Assembly: GCA_964016885.1 (NCBI GenBank)
Contig: OZ024742.1
Coordinates: 168,888,001-168,952,000, forward strand
Reading direction: 5' to 3'
Length of the DNA stretch: 64,000 nucleotides
Origin: Eledone cirrhosa
Lineage: Eukaryota
Both the position numbers and the translations under genes were made by a program. Positions 1 to 13,190 of the stretch are shown one piece after another (the first letter of the stretch is position 1; each line of letters begins with the position of its first letter). Under the pieces are notes generated by a model. It saw only the letters and a program-made list of their open reading frames with translations, did no database searches and had not been told where the DNA came from.

Positions 1-800
1 CTTGGACGGCTGGAAATTACCTCCCCTTGGACGGCTGGAAATTATCTCCTTGGACGGCTAGAAATTACCTCTCATTGGACGGCTGAAAATTATCTCCCCT
101 TGGACGGCTGGAAATTATCTCCCCTTGATTTTTTTTACAAATTATCTCCCCCTGATTTTTTTTTACAAATTATCTCCCCCTGATTTTTTTTTTACAAATT
201 ATCTCCGCCTGATTTTTTTTTAAATTATCTCTCCTTGGACGGCTGGATATTATCTCCCCTTTCATTTTTTTTACAAATTATCTCCCCCTGATTTTTTTTT
301 ACAAATTATCTCCCCCTGATTTTTTTTTACAAATTATCTCCCCCTGATTTTTTTTTACAAATTATCTACCCCTGATTTTTTTTTACAAATTATCTCCCCC
401 TGATTTTTTTTACAAATTATCTCTCCCTGATTTTTTTTTACAAATTATCTCCCCCTGATTTTTTTTTACAAATTATCTACCCCTGATTTTTTTTTACAAA
501 TTATCTCCCCCTGATTTTTTTTACAAATTATCTCCCCCTGATTTTTTTACAAATTATCTCCCCCCGATTTTTTTTACAAATTATCTCCGCCTAATTTTTT
601 TAAATATTATCTTCCCTTGGCTGGCGGGAAATTATCTCCCCTTGGACGGCTGAAAATTATCTCCCCTTGGACGGCTGGAAATTATCTCCCCTTGATTTTT
701 TTACAAATTATCTCCCCCTGATTATTTTTTACAAATTATCTCCCCCTGATTTTTTTTTACAAATTATCTCCCTCTGATTTTTTTTACAAATTATCTCCCC
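1..800. repeat. Tail of a preceding HOR copy (module h plus B-run and short A-block)
   Basis: Carries h-specific variants (ATTATCTCCTTGG short monomer, CTCTCATTGG, CCCCTTTCATTTT) also seen at ~12600-12830, ~23800-24030, ~43200-43420 and ~52340-52570. Confidence 0.9.
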
Positions 801-3699
801 TTGGCTGGCTGGAAATTATCTCCCCTTGGAGGCTGGAATTTATCTCCCCTTGGACGGTTAGAAATTACCTCTCCTTGGACTGCTGGAAAATATGTCTCCT
901 TGGACGGCTGGAAATTATCTCCCCTTGGACGGCTGGAAATTATCTCCCCTTGGACGGCTGGAAATTATCTCTCCTCGGACGACTAGAAATTACCTCTCCT
1001 TGGACAGCTGAAAATTATCTCCCCTTGGACGGCTGGAAATTATCTCCCCTTGATTTTTTTTACAAATTATCTCCCCCTGATTTTTTTTTACAAATTATCT
1101 CCCCCTGATTTTTTTTTACAAATTATCTCCCCCTGATTTTTTTTACAAATTATCTCCCCCTGATATTTTTTACAAATTATCTCCCCCTGATTTTTTTACA
1201 AATTATCTCCCCTTGGCTGGCTGGAAATTATCTCCCCTTGGAGGCTGGAATTTATCTCCCCTTGGACGGCTAGAAATTACCTCGCTTTGGACGGCTGGAA
1301 AATATGTCTCCTTGGACGGCTGGAAATTATCTCCCCTTGGACGGCTGGAAATTATCTCCCCTTGGACGGCTAGATATTACCTCCTCTTGGACGGCTGGAA
1401 ATTATCTCCCCTTGATTTTTTTTACAAATTATCTCCCCCTGATTTTTTTTTACAAATTATCTCCCCCTGATTTTTTTTTACAAATTATCTACCCCTGATT
1501 TTTTTTTACAAATTATCTCCCCCTGATTTTTTTTACAAATTATCTCTCCCTGATTTTTTTTTACAAATTATCTCCCCCTGATTTTTTTTTACAAATTATC
1601 TACCCCTGATTTTTTTTTACAAATTATCTCCCCCTGATTTTTTTTACAAATTATCTCCCCCTGATTTTTTTTACAAATTATCTCCCCCTGATTTTTTTAC
1701 AAATTATCTCCCCCCGATTTTTTTTACAAATTATCTCCGCCTAATTTTTTTAAATATTATCTTCCCTTGGCTGGCGGGAAATTATCTCCCCTTGGACGGC
1801 TGAAAATTATCTCCCCTTGGACGGCTGGAAATTATCTCCCCTTGATTTTTTTACAAATTATCTCACCCTGATTATTTTTTACAAATTATCTCCCCCTGAT
1901 TTTTTTTTACAAATTATCTCCCTCTGATTTTTTTTACAAATTATCTCCCCTTGGCTGGCTGGAAATTATCTCCCCTTGGAGGCTGGAATTTATCTCCCCT
2001 TGGACGGTTAGAAATTACCTCTCCTTGGACTGCTGGAAAATAGGGTCTCCTTGGACGGCTGGAAATTATCTCCCCTGGGACGGCTGGAAATTATCTCCCC
2101 TTGGACGGCTGGAAATTATCTCTCCTCGGACGACTAGAAATTACCTCTCCTTTGACAGCTGAAAATTATCTCCCCTTGGACGGCTGGAAATTATCTCCCC
2201 TTGATTTTTTTTACAAATTATCTCCCCCTGATTTTTTTTTACAAATTATCTCCCCCTGATTTTATTTTACAAATTATCTCCCCCTGATTTTTTTACAAAT
2301 TATCTCCCCCTGATATTTTTTACAAATTATCTCCCCCTGATTTTTTTACAAATTATCTCCCCTTGGCTGGCTGGAAATTATCTCCCCTTGGAGGCTGGAA
2401 TTTATCTCCCCTTGGACGGCTAGAAATTACCTCGCCTTGGACGGCTGGAAAATATGTCTCCTTGGACGGCTGGAAATTATCTCCCCTTGGACGGCTGGAA
2501 ATTATCTCCCCTTGGACGGCTGGAAATTATCTCCCCTTGGACGGCTAGATATTACCTCCCCTTGGACGGCTGGAAATTATCTCCCCTTGATTTTTTTTAC
2601 AAATTATCTCCCCCTGATTTTTTTTTACAAATTATCTCCCTGATTTTTTTTTACGAATTATCTCCCCCTGATTTTTTTTTACAAATTATCTCCGCCTGAT
2701 TTTTTTTTAAAAATTATCTCCCCTTGAACGGCTGGAAATTATCTCCCCTTGGACGGCTGGAAATTATCTCCCCTTGGACGGCTAGAAATTACCTCTCCTT
2801 GGACGGCTGAAAATTATCTCCCCTTGGACGGCTGCAAATTATCTCCCCTTGATTTTTTAACAAATTATCTCCCCCTGATTTTTTTTTACAAATTATCTCC
2901 CCCTGATTTTTTTTTACAAATTATCTACGCCTAAGTTTTTTTACAAATTATCTCCCCCTGATTTTTTTTTACAAATTATCTCCCCCTGATTTTTTTTACA
3001 AATTATCTCCCCCTGATTTTTTTTTACAAATTATTTCCCCCTGATTTTTTTACAAATTATCTCCCCCCTGATTTTTTTTACAATCTCCGCCTGATTTTTT
3101 AAAAAATTATCTTCCCTTGGCTGGCGGGAAATTATCTCCCCTTGGACGGCTGGAAATTATATCCCCTTGGACGGCTGGAAATTACCTCCCCTTGGACAGC
3201 TGGAAATTATCTGCCCTTGATTTTGTTTTTACAAATTATCTCCCCCTGATTTTTTTTACAAATTATCTCCACCTGATTTTTTAAAAAATTATCTCCCCTT
3301 GGACGGCTGGAAATTATCTCCCCTTGATTTTTTTACAAATTATCTCCCCCTGATTTTTTTTACAAATTATCTCCCCCTGATTTTTTTTTTACAAATTATC
3401 TCCCCCTGATTTTTTTACAAATTATCTCCCCCTGATTTTTTTTACAAATTATCTCCGCCTGATTTTTTTAAATATTATCTTCCCTTGGCTGGCGGGAAAT
3501 TATCTCCCCTTGGACGGCTGAAAATTATCTCCCCTTGGACGGCTGGAAATTATCTCCCCTTGATTTTTTTTACAAATTATCTCCCCCTGATTTTTTTTTA
3601 CAAATTATCTCCCCTGATTTTTTTTTACAAATTATCTGCCCCTGATTTTTTTTACAAATTATCTCCCCCTGATTTTTTTACAAATTATCTCCCCTTGGC

Positions 3700-6600
3700 T
3701 GGCTGGAAATTATCTCCCCTTGGAGGCTGGAATTTATCTCCCCTTGGACGGCTAGAAATTACCTCTCCTTGGACGGCTGGAAAATATTTCTCCTTGGACG
3801 GCTGGATATTATCTACCCTTGGACGGGTGGAAATTATCTCCCCTTGGACGGCTGGAAATTATCTCCCCTTGGACGGCTAGATATTACCTCCCCTTGGACG
3901 GCTGGAAATTATCTCCCCTTGATTTTTTTTACAAATTATCTCCCCCTGATTTTTTTTTTACAAATTATCTCCCCCTGATTTTTTTACAAATTATCTCCCC
4001 CTGATTTTTTTTACAAATTATCTCCGCCTGATTTTTTTAAATATTATCTTCCCTTGGCTGGCGGGAAATTATCTCCCCTTGGACGGCTGAAAATTATCTC
4101 CCCTTGGACGGCTGGAAATTATCTGCCCTTGATTTTTTTTACAAATTATCTCCCCCTGATTATTTTTTACAAATTATCTTTCCCTGATTTTTTTTTACAA
4201 ATTATCTCCCCCTGATTTTTTTTACAAATTATCTCCCCCTGATTTTTTTACAAATTATCTCCCCTTGGCTGGCTGGAAATTATCTCCCCTTGGTGGCTGG
4301 AATTTATCTCCCCTTGGACGGCTGGAAATTATCTCTCCTTGGACGGCTAGTAATTACCTCTCCTTGGACGGCTGGAAAATATGTCTCGTTGGAGGGCTGG
4401 AAATTATCTCCCCTTGGACGGCTGGAAATTATCTCCCCTTGGACGGCTGGAAATTATCTCTCCTTGGACGGCTAGAAATTACCTCTCCTTGGACGGCTGA
4501 AAATTATCTCTCCTTGGACGGCTGGAAATTATCTCCCCTTGGACGGCTAGATATTACCTCCCCTTGGACGGCTGGAAATTATCTCCCCTTGATTTTTTTT
4601 ACAAATTATCTCCCCCTGATTTTTTTTACAAATTATCTACACCTGATTTTTTTACAAATTATCTCCCCCTGATTTTTTTTACAAATTATCTCCGCCTAAT
4701 TTTTTTAAATATTATCTTCCCTTGGCTGGCGGGAAATTATCTCCCCTTGGACGGCTGAAAATTATCTCCCCTTGGACGGCTGGAAATTATCTCCCCTTGA
4801 TTTTTTTTACAAATTATCTCCCCCTGATTTTTTTTTACAAATTATCTCCCCCTGATTTTTTTTTACAAATTATCTCCCCCTGATTTTTTTTACAAATTAT
4901 CTCCCCCTGATATTTTTTACAAATTATCTCCCCCTGATTTTTTTACAAATTATCTCCCCTTGGCTGGCTGGAAATTATCTCCCCTTGGAGGCTGGAATTT
5001 ATCTCCCCTTGGACGGCTAGAAATTACCTCGCCTTGGACGGCTGGAAAATATGTCTCCTTGGACGGCTGGAAATTATCTCCCCTTGGACGGCTGGAAATT
5101 ATCTCCCCTTGGACGGCTGGATATTATCTACCCTTGGACGGCTAGATATTACCTCCCCTTGGACGGCTGGAAATTATCTCCCCTTGATTTTTTTTACAAA
5201 TTATCTCCCCCTGATTTTTTTTTACAAATTATCTACCCCTGATTTTTTTTTACAAATTATCTCCCCCTGATTTTCTTTACAAATTATCTCCCCCTGATTT
5301 TTTTACAAATTATCTCCCCCCGATTTTTTTTACAAATTATCTCCGCCTAATTTTTTTAAATATTATCTTCCCTTGGCTGGCGGGAAATTATCTCCCCTTG
5401 GACGGCTGAAAATTATCTCCCCTTGGACGGCTGGAAATTATCTCCCCTTGATTTTTTTTACAAATTATCTCCCCCTGATTTTTTTTTACAAATTATCTCC
5501 CCCTGATTTTTTTTTACAAATTATCTCCCCCTGATTTTTTTTTACAAATTATCTGCCCCTGATTTTTTTTACAAATTATCTCCCCCTGATTTTTTTACAA
5601 ATTATCTTCCCTTGGCTGGCTGGAAATTATCTCCCCTTGGAGGCTGGAATTTATCTCCCCTTGGACGGCTAGAAATTACCTCTCCTTGGACGGCTGGAAA
5701 ATATTTCTCCTTGGACGGCTGGATATTATCTACCCTTGGACGGGTGGAAATTATCTCCCCTTGGACGGCTGGAAATTATCTCCCCTTGGACGGCTAGATA
5801 TTACCTCCCCTTGGACGGCTGGAAATTATCTCCCCTTGATTTTTTTTACAAATTATCTCCCCCTGATTTTTTTTTTACAAATTATCTCCCCCTGATTTTT
5901 TTACAAATTATCTCCCCCTGATTTTTTTTACAAATTATCTCCGCCTGATTTTTTTAAATATTATCTTCCCTTGGCTGGCGGGAAATTATCTCCCCTTGGA
6001 CGGCTGAAAATTATCTCCCCTTGGACGGCTGGAAATTATCTCCCCTTGATTTTTTTTACAAATTATCTCCCCCTGATTATTTTTTACAAATTATCTTTCC
6101 CTGATTTTTTTTTACAAATTATCTCCCCCTGATTTTTTTTACAAATTATCTCCCCCTGATTTTTTTACAAATTATCTCCCCTTGGCTGGCTGGAAATTAT
6201 CTCCCCTTGGTGGCTGGAATTTATCTCCCCTTGGACGGCTGGAAATTATCTCTCCTTGGACGGCTAGTAATTACCTCTCCTTGGACGGCTGGAAAATATG
6301 TCTCGTTGGAGGGCTGGAAATTATCTCCCCTTGGACGGCTGGAAATTATCTCCCCTTGGACGGCTGGAAATTATCTCTCCTTGGACGGCTAGAAATTACC
6401 TCTCCTTGGACGGCTGAAAATTATCTCTCCTTGGACGGCTGGAAATTATCTCCCCTTGGACGGCTAGATATTACCTCCCCTTGGACGGCTGGAAATTATC
6501 TCCCCTTGATTTTTTTTACAAATTATCTCCCCCTGATTTTTTTTACAAATTATCTACACCTGATTTTTTTACAAATTATCTCCCCCTGATTTTTTTTACA

Positions 6601-7370
6601 AATTATCTCCGCCTAATTTTTTTAAATATTATCTTCCCTTGGCTGGCGGGAAATTATCTCCCCTTGGACGGCTGAAAATTATCTCCCCTTGGACGGCTGG
6701 AAATTATCTCCCCTTGATTTTTTTTACAAATTATCTCCCCCTGATTTTTTTTTACAAATTATCTCCCCCTGATTTTTTTTTACAAATTATCTCCCCCTGA
6801 TTTTTTTTACAAATTATCTCCCCCTGATATTTTTTACAAATTATCTCCCCCTGATTTTTTTACAAATTATCTCCCCTTGGCTGGCTGGAAATTATCTCCC
6901 CTTGGAGGCTGGAATTTATCTCCCCTTGGACGGCTAGAAATTACCTCGCCTTGGACGGCTGGAAAATATGTCTCCTTGGACGGCTGGAAATTATCTCCCC
7001 TTGGACGGCTGGAAATTATCTCCCCTTGGACGGCTGGATATTATCTACCCTTGGACGGCTAGATATTACCTCCCCTTGGACGGCTGGAAATTATCTCCCC
7101 TTGATTTTTTTTACAAATTATCTCCCCCTGATTTTTTTTTACAAATTATCTACCCCTGATTTTTTTTTACAAATTATCTCCCCCTGATTTTCTTTACAAA
7201 TTATCTCCCCCTGATTTTTTTACAAATTATCTCCCCCCGATTTTTTTTACAAATTATCTCCGCCTAATTTTTTTAAATATTATCTTCCCTTGGCTGGCGG
7301 GAAATTATCTCCCCTTGGACGGCTGAAAATTATCTCCCCTTGGACGGCTGGAAATTATCTCCCCTTGATT
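3700..7370. repeat. 1,917-bp tandem duplication (d e f)x2
   Basis: Identical offsets at 3769/5686, 4265/6182 and 4960/6877. The TTTTCTTTAC variant occurs at ~5271 and ~7188. Confidence 0.88.
4252..4590. repeat. Example of the longest pure A-run (13 monomers, module e)
   Basis: Counted 13 consecutive A-type monomers between two B-runs. Confidence 0.85.
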
Positions 7371-10300
7371 TTTTTACAAATTATCTCCCCCTGATTATTT
7401 TTTACAAATTATCTCCCCCTGATTTTTTTTTACAAATTATCTCCCTCTGATTTTTTTTACAAATTATCTCCCCTTGGCTGGCTGGAAATTATCTCCCCTT
7501 GGAGGCTGGAATTTATCTCCCCTTGGACGGTTAGAAATTACCTCTCCTTGGACTGCTGGAAAATATGTCTCCTTGGACGGCTGGAAATTATCTCCCCTTG
7601 GACGGCTGGAAATTATCTCCCCTTGGACGGCTGGAAATTATCTCTCCTCGGACGACTAGAAATTACCTCTCCTTGGACAGCTGAAAATTATCTCCCCTTG
7701 GACGGCTGGAAATTATCTCCCCTTGATTTTTTTTACAAATTATCTCCCCCTGATTTTTTTTTACAAATTATCTCCCCCTGATTTTTTTTTACAAATTATC
7801 TCCCCCTGATTTTTTTTACAAATTATCTCCCCCTGATATTTTTTACAAATTATCTCCCCCTGATTTTTTTACAAATTATCTCCCCTTGGCTGGCTGGAAA
7901 TTATCTCCCCTTGGAGGCTGGAATTTATCTCCCCTTGGACGGCTAGAAATTACCTCGCCTTGGACGGCTGGAAAATATGTCTCCTTGGACGGCTGGAAAT
8001 TATCTCCCCTTGGACGGCTGGAAATTATCTCCCCTTGGACGGCTAGATATTACCTCCCCTTGGACGGCTGGAAATTATCTCCCCTTGATTTTTTTTACAA
8101 ATTATCTCCCCCTGATTTTTTTTTACAAATTATCTCCCCCTGATTTTTTTTTACAAATTATCTACCCCTGATTTTTTTTTACAAATTATCTCCCCCTGAT
8201 TTTTTTTACAAATTATCTCTCCCTGATTTTTTTTTACAAATTATCTCCCCCTGATTTTTTTTTACAAATTATCTACCCCTGATTTTTTTTTACAAATTAT
8301 CTCCCCCTGATTTTTTTTACAAATTATCTCCCCCTGATTTTTTTTACAAATTATCTCCCCCTGATTTTTTTACAAATTATCTCCCCCCGATTTTTTTTAC
8401 AAATTATCTCCGCCTAATTTTTTTAAATATTATCTTCCCTTGGCTGGCGGGAAATTATCTCCCCTTGGACGGCTGAAAATTATCTCCCCTTGGACGGCTG
8501 GAAATTATCTCCCCTTGATTTTTTTACAAATTATCTCCCCCTGATTATTTTTTACAAATTATCTCCCCCTGATTTTTTTTTACAAATTATCTCCCTCTGA
8601 TTTTTTTTACAAATTATCTCCCCTTGGCTGGCTGGAAATTATCTCCCCTTGGAGGCTGGAATTTATCTCCCCTTGGACGGTTAGAAATTACCTCTCCTTG
8701 GACTGCTGGAAAATATGTCTCCTTGGACGGCTGGAAATTATCTCCCCTGGGACGGCTGGAAATTATCTCCCCTTGGACGGCTGGAAATTATCTCTCCTCG
8801 GACGACTAGAAATTACCTCTCCTTGGACAGCTGAAAATTATCTCCCCTTGGACGGCTGGAAATTATCTCCCCTTGATTTTTTTTACAAATTATCTCCCCC
8901 TGATTTTTTTTTACAAATTATCTCCCCCTGATTTTATTTTACAAATTATCTCCCCCTGATTTTTTTTACAAATTATCTCCCCCTGATATTTTTTACAAAT
9001 TATCTCCCCCTGATTTTTTTACAAATTATCTCCCCTTGGCTGGCTGGAAATTATCTCCCCTTGGAGGCTGGAATTTATCTCCCCTTGGACGGCTAGAAAT
9101 TACCTCGCCTTGGACGGCTGGAAAATATGTCTCCTTGGACGGCTGGAAATTATCTCCCCTTGGACGGCTGGAAATTATCTCCCCTTGGACGGCTGGAAAT
9201 TATCTCCCCTTGGACGGCTAGATATTACCTCCCCTTGGACGGCTGGAAATTATCTCCCCTTGATTTTTTTTACAAATTATCTCCCCCTGATTTTTTTTTA
9301 CAAATTATCTCCCTGATTTTTTTTTACGAATTATCTCCCCCTGATTTTTTTTTACAAATTATCTCCGCCTGATTTTTTTTTTAAAATTATCTCCCCTTGA
9401 ACGGCTGGAAATTATCTCCCCTTGGACGGCTGGAAATTATCTCCCCTTGGACGGCTAGAAATTACCTCTCCTTGGACGGCTGAAAATTATCTCCCCTTGG
9501 ACGGCTGCAAATTATCTCCCCTTGATTTTTTAACAAATTATCTCCCCCTGATTTTTTTTTACAAATTATCTCCCCCTGATTTTTTTTTACAAATTATCTA
9601 CGCCTAAGTTTTTTTACAAATTATCTCCCCCTGATTTTTTTTTACAAATTATTTCCCCCTGATTTTTTTACAAATTATCTCCCCCCTGATTTTTTTTACA
9701 ATCTCCGCCTGATTTTTTAAAAAATTATCTTCCCTTGGCTGGCGAGAAATTATCTCCCCTTGGACGGCTGGAAATTATATCCCCTTGGACGGCTGGAAAT
9801 TACCTCCCCTTGGACAGCTGGAAATTATCTGCCCTTGATTTTGTTTTTACAAATTATCTCCCCCTGATTTTTTTTACAAATTATCTCCACCTGATTTTTT
9901 AAAAAATTATCTCCCCTTGGACGGCTGGAAATTATCTCCCCTTGATTTTTTTACAAATTATCTCCCCCTGATTTTTTTTACAAATTATCTACCCCTGATT
10001 TTTTTTTTACAAATTATCTCCCCCTGATTTTTTTACAAATTATCTCCCCCTGATTTTTTTTACAAATTATCTCCGCCTGATTTTTTTAAATATTATCTTC
10101 CCTTGGCTGGCGGGAAATTATCTCCCCTTGGACGGCTGAAAATTATCTCCCCTTGGACGGCTGGAAATTATCTCCCCTTGATTTTTTTTACAAATTATCT
10201 CCCCCTGATTTTTTTTTACAAATTATCTCCCCCTGATTTTTTTTTACAAATTATCTGCCCCTGATTTTTTTTACAAATTATCTCCCCCTGATTTTTTTAC

Positions 10301-11526
10301 AAATTATCTCCCCTTGGCTGGCTGGAAATTATCTCCCCTTGGAGGCTGGAATTTTATCTCCCCTTGGACGGCTAGAAATTACCTCTCCTTGGACGGCTGG
10401 AAAATATTTCTCCTTGGACGGCTGGATATTATCTACCCTTGGACGGGTGGAAATTATCTCCCCTTGGACGGCTGGAAATTATCTCCCCTTGGACGGCTAG
10501 ATATTACCTCCCCTTGGACGGCTGGAAATTATCTCCCCTTGATTTTTTTTACAAATTATCTCCCCCTGATTTTTTTTTTACAAATTATCTCCCCCTGATT
10601 TTTTTACAAATTATCTCCCCCTGATTTTTTTTACAAATTATCTCCGCCTGATTTTTTTAAATATTATCTTCCCTTGGCTGGCGGGAAATTATCTCCCCTT
10701 GGACGGCTGAAAATTATCTCCCCTTGGACGGCTGGAAATTATCTCCCCTTGATTTTTTTTACAAATTATCTCCCCCTGATTATTTTTTACAAATTATCTT
10801 TCCCTGATTTTTTTTTACAAATTATCTCCCCCTGATTTTTTTTACAAATTATCTCCCCCTGATTTTTTTACAAATTATCTCCCCTTGGCTGGCTGGAAAT
10901 TATCTCCCCTTGGTGGCTGGAATTTATCTCCCCTTGGACGGCTGGAAATTATCTCTCCTTGGACGGCTAGTAATTACCTCTCCTTGGACGGCTGGAAAAT
11001 ATGTCTCGTTGGAGGGCTGGAAATTATCTCCCCTTGGACGGCTGGAAATTATCTCCCCTTGGACGGCTGGAAATTATCTCTCCTTGGACGGCTAGAAATT
11101 ACCTCTCCTTGGACGGCTGAAAATTATCTCTCCTTGGACGGCTGGAAATTATCTCCCCTTGGACGGCTAGATATTACCTCCCCTTGGACGGCTGGAAATT
11201 ATCTCCCCTTGATTTTTTTTACAAATTATCTCCCCCTGATTTTTTTTACAAATTATCTACACCTGATTTTTTTACAAATTATCTCCCCCTGATTTTTTTT
11301 ACAAATTATCTCCGCCTAATTTTTTTAAATATTATCTTCCCTTGGCTGGCGGGAAATTATCTCCCCTTGGACGGCTGAAAATTATCTCCCCTTGGACGGC
11401 TGGAAATTATCTCCCCTTGATTTTTTTTACAAATTATCTCCCCCTGATTTTTTTTTACAAATTATATCCCCCTGATTTTTTTTTACAAATTATCTCCCCC
11501 TGATTTTTTTTACAAATTATCTCACC

Positions 11527-12300
11527 TTGGCTGGCTGGAAATTATCTCCCCTTGGAGGCTGGAATTTATCTCCCCTTGGACGGCTAGAAATTACCTCTCC
11601 TTGGACGGCTGGAAAATATGTCCTTGGACGGCTGGATATTATCTACCCTTGGACGGCTGGAAATTATCTCCCCTTGGACGGCTGGAAATTATCTCCCCTT
11701 GGACGGCTAGATATTATCTCCCCTTGGACGGCTGGAAATTATCTCCCCTTGATTTTTTTTACAAATTATCTCCCCCTGATTTTTTTTACAAATCTAATGA
11801 TTTTTAAAAAAAAATTATCTCCCCTTCGCTGGCTGGAAATTATCTCCCCTTGGACGCTGGAAATTATAGCCCCTTGGAGGGCTGGAAATTATCTTCCCTT
11901 GGACGGCTGGAAATTATCTTCCCTTGGACGGCTGGAAATTATCTCCCCTTGGCTCGAAATTATCTCCCCTTGGACGGCTAGAAATTATCTCTCTTTGGAC
12001 GGCTGGAAATTATCTCCCTTTGATTTTTTTTACAAATTATCTGCCCCTGATTTTTTTTACAAATCTCCCCCTGATTTTTAAAAAAAAATTATCTCCCCTT
12101 CGCTGGCTGGAAATTATCTCCCCTTGGACACTGGAAATTATAGCCTCTTGGAGGGCTGGAAATTATCTTCCCTTGGACGGCTGGAAATTATCTCTGCTTG
12201 ATTTTTTTTACAAATTATCTCCCCCTGATTTTTTTTTACAAATTATCCCCCCCGATTTTTTTTACAAATTATCTCCCCCTGATTTTTTTTACAAATTATC
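11527..12300. repeat. Module g: divergent, once-per-HOR landmark block (other copies start at 22728, 35162, 42222, 51479, 62027)
   Basis: Only this module contains AAATCTAATGATTTTTAAAAAAAAA, CCCCTTCGCTGG, ATTATAGCC and the 21-bp monomer ending TTGGCTCG. Confidence 0.9.
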
Positions 12301-12806
12301 TCCCCTTGGACGGCTGGAAATTATCTCCCCTTGGACGGCTGGAAATTATCTCCCCTTGGACGGCTAGAAGTTACCTCTCCTTGGACGACTGAAAATTATC
12401 TCCCCTTGGACGGCTGCAAATTATCTCCCCTTGATTTTTTTTACAAATTATCTCCGCCTGATTTTTTTTTTAAAATTATCTCCCCTTGGACGGCTGGAAA
12501 TTATCTCCCCTTGGACGGCTGGAAATTATCTCCCCTTGGACGGCTAGAAGTTACCTCTCCTTGGACGGCTGGAAATTACCTCCCCTTGGACGGCTGGAAA
12601 TTATCTCCTTGGACGGCTAGAAATTACCTCTCATTGGACGGCTGAAAATTATCTCCCCTTGGACGGCTGGAAATTATCTCCCCTTGATTTTTTTTACAAA
12701 TTATCTCCCCCTGATTTTTTTTTACAAATTATCTCCCCCTGATTTTTTTTTTACAAATTATCTCCGCCTGATTTTTTTTTAAATTATCTCTCCTTGGACG
12801 GCTGGA

Positions 12807-13190
12807 TATTATCTCCCCTTTCATTTTTTTTACAAATTATCTCCCCCTGATTTTTTTTTACAAATTATCTCCCCCTGATTTTTTTTTACAAATTATCTCC
12901 CCCTGATTTTTTTTTACAAATTATCTCCCCCTGATTTTTTTTTACAAATTATCTACCCCTGATTTTTTTTTACAAATTATCTCCCCCTGATTTTTTTTAC
13001 AAATTATCTCTCCCTGATTTTTTTTTACAAATTATCTCCCCCTGATTTTTTTTTACAAATTATCTACCCCTGATTTTTTTTTACAAATTATCTCCCCCTG
13101 ATTTTTTTTACAAATTATCTCCCCCTGATTTTTTTACAAATTATCTCCCCCCGATTTTTTTTACAAATTATCTCCGCCTAATTTTTTTAA
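12807..13190. repeat. Example of the longest pure B-run (about 14 poly-T monomers, end of module h)
   Basis: About 380 bp of consecutive CORE-CTGA(T)nAC units with no GACGGCTGG. Confidence 0.82.

Noticed and set aside
120-600. T-tracts as intrinsic or Pol III terminators
   Set aside because: No GC-rich hairpin precedes them, and there is no upstream gene or A/B-box promoter. They are integral monomer parts.
619-628. Chi-like GCTGGCGG (one mismatch to E. coli Chi GCTGGTGG) in short A-block openers
   Set aside because: It is an imperfect match derived from the monomer by point change, and nothing indicates a bacterial context.
625-642. NF-kB/Rel-like GGGAAATTATCTCCCC and a small GGGA..TCCC hairpin
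   Set aside because: The spacing does not fit GGGRNWYYCC, and the 3-4 bp stem is too weak to be meaningful.
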